Shown here: piece after piece, positions 21,291-30,200 of the stretch
Layout: each line of letters opens with the position of its first letter
Numbering within the stretch: position 1 is the first letter of the stretch
DNA from: Nitrospirota bacterium
GTDB lineage: Bacteria > Nitrospirota > JACRHJ01
Direction of reading: 5' to 3'
Length of the DNA stretch: 64,000 nucleotides
Assembly (NCBI GenBank): GCA_963845245.1
Contig: CAWJRJ010000024.1
Coordinates: 108,322 to 172,321, forward strand
The notes under the pieces: model-generated
Told to the model about the DNA's origin: nothing
Seen by the model: only the letters and a program-made list of their open reading frames with translations
Database searches by the model: none
Position numbers and translations under genes: made by a program

Positions 21291-24200
21291 TTACCAGGGT
21301 GTTACCTTGTTCCAGCCGCCGGGGGTGTACGAAGGACCGGCGCCGGCGTAACCTATCTTGGTGCTGTGGCAGGCTACGTTCCTGGCTAGAGCTCCCCACA
21401 GGTTCGTGGTAGCTGTGCCGCTTATGGTGGCGGCGTCGCCGACATAACCCATCGTAGTGTGCGACGTGCCCACGTTATCATTGTCGAGGCAGTTCGTCTT
21501 CATGAGCCTAGGCAGCCTGGAGGTGTGCGGCGTATGACACTTGCTGCACGGGAACTGGTGGTACTTGGCCTGTATCGTGCCAGCGGTCTTCTGCGTGCTG
21601 CCGCTCACGCCCCAGCGGTACCAGTGCATATGCTGCGTTGTTGTGCCGGAGTTTGCCGTCGTGTCCAGGATACCATAGACAGCAGTGCTGCTTACAGCAA
21701 CTACACCTGTAGCTCCGCCGGTATTGGTGGCACTGCCGTTACTGCTGTTGTACTGGCTCATGTGCATTCCCAACGTCGGCGAGTTCGATGTGTATGAGCC
21801 TGTGCCCTCGTTACGCTGGAAGAGGTTGACCGTTATGGTGCCCAGGTTCGCGACCGTCTCGTGGACCTTGGTCTGCACCCTCTGTGTACCAGTGGCAAGG
21901 TTCGCCGAGGTCACGTTGTCAAGCGCTATCGAGCTGGCGGTGTTCTTATCCCACGCGTGGCACTGCAGGCACAGGCCTGCGAAGTTGCCGGGGTTCCATG
22001 CAGCCGGGTTGGCCGTACTCATATTGCTATACGGATTGACATACCCGTATTGCTTGGCGGTAGTCTGCCCGAACGTGTTCTCGTCTATGAAGTAGCCGTT
22101 CCAGCCCCTCATACTGGTCACGTTCGTAAAGCCGGCGCCGTAGCTGCGTACCGGGCCGCGACCGAAGCCGTCGCCCTGTACCGCAGGGGTGTTGTAGCCC
22201 GGTACATAAGAACCGGTCTTGAAGTCAGGGTTCGCCCTCGGAGCCGGGCCGCCGACCATCCTGTTGGTGCCTGCGGCGCTGGTGCCGCCTGAGATGTCGT
22301 CCCAGAACCTCTTTGCGGTAGACCAGCCAGTCTGATCCGCATAGGTGGTGTAGTCGTCGGCCTTGAAGATTCCTGCGAGCCTTGCAGTGGCCTCGCCGTT
22401 GCCCTTGTCCGAGGTGTAGGTGTTCCTGGGCGCGCGGTCCTCCTTGTACGGCGAGTGCATCCAGGTACCTTTGAGCGCCGGGGCCATGTAGTTCGGGTTT
22501 GAGCCTGACAGCCAGGTCCAGGTATCGTCAATAGCGTAAGTACCGGCACCGAACGTGGCGGTTATGCCGTTCGCCGTCCAGGCAGTGCTGGTGCTGGTGG
22601 TTGTACCCCAGTTCTTGCCGCTGTTGGTGGAAGCCCTGTAGGTAGCGGTGCCTAAGGCGCCACCGGCTACTATCTGGATGACATTTACGTTCGAGGCGTT
22701 CGCCGTGCCTGTGTAGCTGCCGGAAAGGGCCGGGTCGGCACCGCTTCCGGTATAGACAGTGCGTACAGCCTTAGTGTAGCCCCTCTTGATAGCGGGCGAT
22801 ACGCCGTGCGGGTCATGGCAGGCGGTGCAGTTGCCGTTGACCATCGTACCCATGGTGCTCAGGCCTTCCTGCAGGTAGCCCTTTGAGTTGCCGAAGTGGC
22901 CGCCCTTGAACGTGGAGTCTTTGTACGCGAAGCTGCCGCGCCAGACGTCGCTTGTGGACCACCTGGACGAGCTGTAGTTGTTGAAATTCATACCCACGCG
23001 GTCATAGTAGCCGACAATCGCCTTGCCGCTCGGTATGCCGTAGTCCCTGTAGGTCTTCGGCGCGCCAGAGCCGTTCTCGCCCAGGTGGCAGTCGAAGCAG
23101 AGGTCTGAGCTTGAGCTGTAGGCGTTCTTCGTGCCGGACGACCCACCAGCCGCCGGAGTATATGAGGCGGTAGTCTTTATTATGCCGCCCTCAGTGTTGC
23201 CGCTGGCGTATGAGGTACCTGCAGCGACCGGCGAGCTGTGCGAGTTGTGGCAGTCATAGCACTGGACCGCCTTGGTGCCAGAGTAGACCGCAAATGTGGC
23301 AAGGCCCTTTGGCATGTCATTCTTGCCTGTCTGGCCGTGCGGGCTGAACGCCTTGTTGACTGCGTCGGCCGGGACGACGTTATATGTCGTGGAGTTGAAC
23401 TTGCCCCACGGCGTAGTAGAGATGTTGCTGTACTTGCTGCCTATGGAGTTGAAGTCCCATGCATAGGTATTCGGGGTCTTGCCGTCGCTGAACGGGGTAG
23501 CCGTCTTGTTGGTGTCGTTATGACAGCCAAGGCAGACAGGGGTAATGGAACTGTTATTCCTCAGCACCTTGTATGCAACCGTACGTGAGACGGTTGGGTA
23601 GGTCCCGTAGACCTTCAGGTCGATCGGGTCGTCCGCGCTGAGCACGGCCCTATGGTACGTAGCGTTCGGAGTGCCGTCAGAGTTGCCTTCCGCATGGCAC
23701 GGTACACAGTCAGTGGCTACTATCGTCGCCCAGCTTCCGACAATGTGGTGCGAGCCCTGGTTGAAGTCGGTCTGGATGTTGCGCCTTGCGCCCTGTGCCG
23801 AGTTGTGGCAGCCCTTGCAGTCGCCAGCGCCCTTGAATCCGGTGTCGTGGCTGTGGCACTGGGTACAGACTTTGCCGGTAGAATGGCCGGTCTGGTCTTC
23901 ATAGAGCGTCCTGCTGTAATGAGCAGGGTTGCCACCGCGTACATGGCAGATCTGGCACAGGCCTGAGAAGTTGGACCTGGCATAGCTGGTGTAATTAAGG
24001 TTCGCCGGCTGGTTCACATTGGCCGGGAAATTGACGGCCTTCGTCCTGCCTGCGGTGGGTATACCGTCCGAGGTGCTATTGGTGGTGTAGTTCACCATGC
24101 CCTGGATCATGTAGTTGTTGTGCCTGCCGTTAGGCCCGTCGTCGCCGTGCGGGTCATGGCAGTCCACACACTTGGGAGTCAATACGGTCCAATTCGCATC

Positions 24201-27200
24201 TCCACCGGTGTTGGTCTGGTTGTGGTGCGCGGTCGTGCTGACAGAATGGCAACCAAGCGCCGTCGTGCACAATGTGTCGGCGCTGCCGCCGCCTTTCACC
24301 CTGAAGAAGTTGCCCGTAGTGCCATGGGCGACAGCCGCATCGTGGCATGTCTCGCAGGATGTTACCTGCCTGGCGCCCTTCGAGCTATTGGCAGCGCCGG
24401 CTGAACCGCTGTAGCGATAGGTACCGCTTATTCTACCGTGGCCGACCGAGGTGTACTGGTCCAGGTTGATAGTGGCCTTCGTACCGCCGCCGCCGCTGTA
24501 GGTATAGTCGTCAGTCTCTGCTGTCGTTACGCCATGGCAGGTCAGGCAGTTTGCGGTGCCGCCCCAGCGTACCGTTGATGATGCGTGGCAGGTGGCTCCT
24601 GCGGCGCCGGTGCAGGTCTTACTGGTCGAACTATACGTGACGCCACTGATATCCGAGCGGAAGTTCACGTCGCGGCTGCCGTTGATGTGCTTGATAGTGC
24701 CTGTAGACAGGTTACCCAACACGTTAACTGTGCCCCTGTGGCACTTCGAACAGTCACCAGCCGAGCTGACATGGCCAGATACACCATGGCCGTTGAATGT
24801 ATTCCTGCTCGTAGTAGATAGGTTGGCGTACTCGGGAGCGCCCGCAACCAGTGTCGTGCCCTCGGCTCCGTGGCAGCTGTCGCAGGTAACCGCAGTACCG
24901 GCTGACCATGTGCCCGGCGACTGATAGACAGGGGTTGCCTGGCCAGAGCTGTGGCAGTAGGTGTTGCGGCATGTGCCGCCTGTCACGTAGGCGCCGGTAT
25001 ATCCGTTGAACGGCGCAAAGTAGATGTCCCTCGTCCCGTTGACGTGCAATGCGTAGCTGGAAACTACGGCGTCACTGCTGACCGTGTCGTTGTGACACTG
25101 CGCGCATCCGAAGTTGCCGCCGTTTGCCGCATCGTTCACATGCTTCGCGTGCTTGCCGGACAACGTGCCTGAGGTCTTGCCGCCATGGCATGTTGTGCAG
25201 GTCGCGGTCGTGGTGTTCCAGACCGGGTTCGCGTAGGTCGGGGGGTTCTGACCGTTGCTGTGGCACCACATGTTCCGACAGGTGCCTGCCGTCCACGACT
25301 TGGCCGGGTTGACCGGGTCGGTTCCAGCCGATGTGGTATTGGCCGTATAGTTGGCCAGTATACCTGTAGCGCCGAGCGCCGCATCCATCCCGCGGTAACG
25401 GAACGCAGTGCCGCCGTTGCCGTACGTCAGCGTCTTCCAAGACGTACTGGTCTTGTTGAAAAATACCTCCGCAGCCTGCAGGTTGAGCTTCCTGTCACCT
25501 GTCCCATGGGTCGTGTTCGGGGAGGTGTTCTTAGTCGCGTGGCATATCTCGCAGGCGAACTTGTATGTTGTGGAGTTGACATGTTTCACATGCTTGCCAG
25601 TGGAGCTGTGGTTTGCATACGTACCTGCACCCTGATCGCTGTGGCAGCTCTGGCAGTCTTTCGGAAGCGATCCGCCCCACCTCATGACCGTAGTGCCATG
25701 ACACGCGGTGTTTTTGCAGCGCTTGTCGCTGGCAGTATAGGTGCCGCCGCCGCTGAACTGTACTTCTCTGCTGCCGTTGATGTGATAGCCGCCAGCGGCT
25801 ATCACGTTGCCGGCTGAAGTGACAGTCAGGTTATGGCAGTTGTAGCAGTCGGTAATGCTCTTCACGTGTTTCTGGTGGCCGTTGAACCAGGCCCCGGCCA
25901 TGGTGCCGGAGGTGGACCTGTTCGCGTAGTTCGGCTCACCATAGAGGCTGGCGGGAACCCCGGTTTCAGCGCCATGGCAGCCCTTGCAGTCAAGTGTACC
26001 TGTATTCCATGCCGGGCTCCTGAACTTCGGCGTCGAAAGGAGGGCGAAGGAGCCGGTGCCGAACTTCTTCTGGCCTGAGCTGTGGCAGTAGTTGTTACGG
26101 CAGGTGTAGCTTCCCGAAACGTACGCGCCTGTGTAGTTGTTCAACGACTTGTCGAGGAAGTTGACGTTCTTCGTGCCGTTCACATGCGTGCCGTTGGTGT
26201 AGGTGATGGTAGTGTTGTTCGACTGCACCGTATCGGCGTGGCAATCAACGCACTTAAAGCTTCCAAGGTTCACGTCTAACGCGTTGTTCAAGTGCTCCTT
26301 GTGCTTGCCGGTCGTTATCTCTGTCGTGGTCTTGGTGTAGTTGTGGCAGTTCGTACAAGTCATCGTGCCGCTCCAGGACGGCGTCTTGTAGGACGTATTG
26401 TTGCCGTCGCTGTGGCAGTAAGTGTTCGAGCAGATCGAGCCGTTGTACGTGCCGGACTTGTTGCTATACGGCGCTAAGTACACGTCTTTGACGCCATTGA
26501 CGTGTTTGGCCTTGTTGTTGATATTGGTGTTGCTGTCAACAGTCTTATTGTGGCACTGCGCGCATCCGAAGTTATAGCTGCTGTTCGCATAGGTGTTAAC
26601 GTGCTTGTTGTGCTGCGCGGAAAGCGTCCCTGAAGTAGCTCCTCCGTGGCAGCTCACGCAGGTGATCGAAGCAGCCGCTGTGGACCAGCTTACCATCACC
26701 GAGTTACCCCTGCCGTTTGAATGGCAGTAGAGGTTGCGGCAGGTGCCCTTACTGTAGTTAAGCGGTATACTGCCGCTGTTGTCAGTGCCCATCAACTTGT
26801 TTGTTGTCGTGTATGAGCCCAGCGGGTTCATGGGTGTAGAGGTGTTGTCGAACTTTACCTCTGCAGCCTGGTTGGTCTTTACGTTGCCGCCCTGGTGTGA
26901 CACAGTGGCAGGGTTGTGACACTGACCACAACCGAACACATAAGTGGTGGCGTTCGAATGGTTGCCGGTAGTGTTCGCGGTCGGTATACTCGCTGAACCG
27001 TAGTGCCCCTGGTGCTGTACGTTACTCGGGGGTGCGCCGTGGCAGGTATTGCAGGCCGAGACACAGGTAGTGCAGTTCCATGCCGGCGACGCAGCGCCGT
27101 GGCATGACGTGTTGGAACATACCTTCGTCCTGACGTCGTAGGTACCCTGCGTCAACCATACGTCCTTGTGCATAGTTGTCGATATGTCCGTGAAGCTGCT

Positions 27201-30200
27201 CCCGTTCACATGGTGAGACGTGAAGCCTGATACGTTGATCATCGTATTGCTGGCAGCCGTCAGCCTGTGGCATGTGTTGCAGCCTGTACGCCCAAGATGG
27301 TTGACATGGTCACCGGTCGTCAGTGTAGCGGCGGTAGCGCCGTGGCATGACGTGCAGCCATACGAACCTTCAGGCGTCGACCAGTTCGGGAACCGGACCG
27401 GGTCTCCACCGCGCCCGTCAGAGTGGCATATAACAGTACAGTTGCCAGCAGTCGGGGTGTTCCATGAGCCCCAGTAGCCTGAAAGCGGGTTATACGAGTT
27501 AGCGCCGGTCATGTCGTAGAAGCCCACTTTGTAGACTACATCCTTGTGGCCGTCATCATGCGTATGCTGCGCTGCTCCAAGCGGCTGCAGGGTTGTGTTG
27601 GAGTCTGCCGTGGCATTATGGCAGTTCGTGCAGCCTATCCTAGAGCCGTAACCGCTGTTGGCAGCCGAATTGAGGTGTTCCCTGTGGTTGTATGAGAGCG
27701 TCTGAGCTTCCGTCCTCACGCCGTCGACAAGGCCCGCTCCGACTATATGGTTGTTGGCGTGGCAGCTCGTACATGTCGTGCGCTCGCCTGACGTCCAGCT
27801 CATCGTCTTATTGTAGGCCGTGCCACCCCATGTAGTCGGGTCGCCGTTAGAATGGCAGTACGCGTTCGAGCATGTCTTGTCCGGGTTGAATGTAACACCG
27901 TTGGTCGAGGTTGCATCGATCGCAACATCCACAGAGCCGTTGACGTGCTTCGACGCATCCTTGATTGCGGTCGCACCGGTTGTTACCGTATCGTTGTGGC
28001 AGTCGGAGCATGCCCTCCTGTATACGGATGAGTATACATGCATCGCATGCGCACCAGATTTCATCCTATAGTTGACTGCCTCGCTGGAGTCACCGCTGTG
28101 GCAGTTGGCACAACCCGTGAATATGTTGGTGGTCCAGGTGTAGAACGTGTTGTTAGGCGCTCCACCGCGGCCATTGCTGTGACACTTGACACTTGCGCAT
28201 GTGCCCCTTGAATAGTGCCAGTAGTTCTTATCCTCTTTCGGAGCGCCGTGTGTGTATACGCCGCTGGCGTTGTTGTAGCCGTTTGCCGGTGTGATGGTGT
28301 TGAAGTTCGTTTCAGCCGTCTGTACACCAGCAATGTATTCGCCGCCGCCGTGGGTCCTGCTGTAGTGGCAGAAACGGCAGGAGAAGTCGTATTTTGTCGG
28401 ATCACCGGCTACATTACCGGAGTTGTTCACAACGGAGTTGTCCGCTGTATGGAAGCCCTGGCTGTGCTTAAGGTGGCCGCCAACACCCGGGTTCGGGTTG
28501 TCCGCGCTCCCGTGGCAGCTACCGCAGGCAAGGGTATCGCCCCATCTCGGCGGGGATATCTGGCCGTGGCAATATGTACCCGAACAGGTCTGGGTCGACT
28601 TGCGGTATGTGCCGCTGTGGTTTTCGAAGTCGAAAGTAACATCCCTTGTGCCATTCACATGCAGCGTGGGCTGTGAGGTGTATATGGACAAGCCATTATC
28701 CCTGGTGGTGCTGTAATGACACTTCGAGCAACCGAGGTTGTTGTCGACGACGTGCTCGACATGGCTGTTCCTTGTAGTCGATAGGTTGGCATACTCCGGC
28801 ATGCCGTCCGTACGGGCCGCGCCATGACAGTAGTTGCAAGGTTTGGATCCGACGCTCCCCCATTGCGGGGTAGCGTATGTCGTGGCCCAGTAAGGCATAT
28901 CGCCCCGGTCCAGCAGGCCGTTGGAATGGCAGTAGACATTGTAGCACTTCTGTTGGCTCGTCGAGTACCTGCCGAACTCGGACTGGTTGTCGAAATACAC
29001 GTCATGTTCACCATTGACATGGTAGCGCTTGTTGGCTATCTGGATCTCATAGTTGGCAAGTCTCGGCTTGACAGTATTGTAGTGGCATTTGACGCAGTCC
29101 AGCCTGTATGCGTAGGCCCTGTCCACATGTTTCCCGTGCGAGCCTGTCGATATGGACGAGGTGGGCGTAGAGTCCTTATAGGCGGTGTCGTGGCAGGATC
29201 CACAGATGGACGCCCCGTTCACGTCTATATAGCCGTCCTCCCATGTTGGGGTATGGTTGCTGCCACCCGCACCCGGCATCGTAGAACCGTGGCAGTAGGT
29301 ATTAACGCACGAGCGACCGTTGGTGTAATGGAAACCCTGGCCATCCGTGTAGCTTTTGAAAGGTCCGGAGCCAATGGTCGTATAAGACGCTATTGGGTTC
29401 TTGGGGTTGGAGTCCGCATCGAAGACGTTCTCCGCGTCGCGAATGCCCCTTTCAACAGGACCGCCGACATGGTGGGTTGTCCTGGTTACGCCTTCCGTCG
29501 TGACCATGTAATGGCACTTGCCGCAGGCAAACCCGTATTCGTCGGCAGTATTGGCGAGGAGGGTATTGTTGTCCTTGGGCGCCTCAGGGGTCGCATTTAT
29601 TATCATGAAGTTGATTGCGGTCGGGTCTGTCCCGTTGCCTATCTTAACCATGAGGTTCTTGCCGCCGGTCACGATAACCTGCTTGTCGATGGCCTTCTTG
29701 TAAAGCCTGCCGGGATAGGTGTCCACGTTATCGATAACCTTGACAGGGGTGGCAAACCCGTCACCGGACACAGTGACAGTCTGTTTATCCAGCCTCTGTG
29801 AGGAATCACCGGTGCAGACGGTCACGTAATATGTTCCGTCCGGTACGGTTATGGTCGTCTGTGCGTCGGCCGACTTTATGTATGTCGCATAGCGGGCGTC
29901 CTTGTTGCCGCCTGCCAGATGGTCTGAGCCGTTATTGTAGACCGTGATGGACTTGCCGGTGCTGGAAGTCCATGCGGAACCTTTCTCCCAACCGGTGCCG
30001 TAGTCATTCGTGTAACCGCTTATCTTGGTGCCGTCGTTAGGCCCGAAGTTAATGTAATACTGGCCCGGATGATAATGCTTGACGTGGCGGCCGGTCGCGG
30101 GCGGGGTCTCATGGCAGTACTCGCCGCAGACAATGGCTTCAAGGCCCCACATAGGCGAGTTCTGGCTGCGATGACAATAGGTATTCGAACAGTAACCGGT

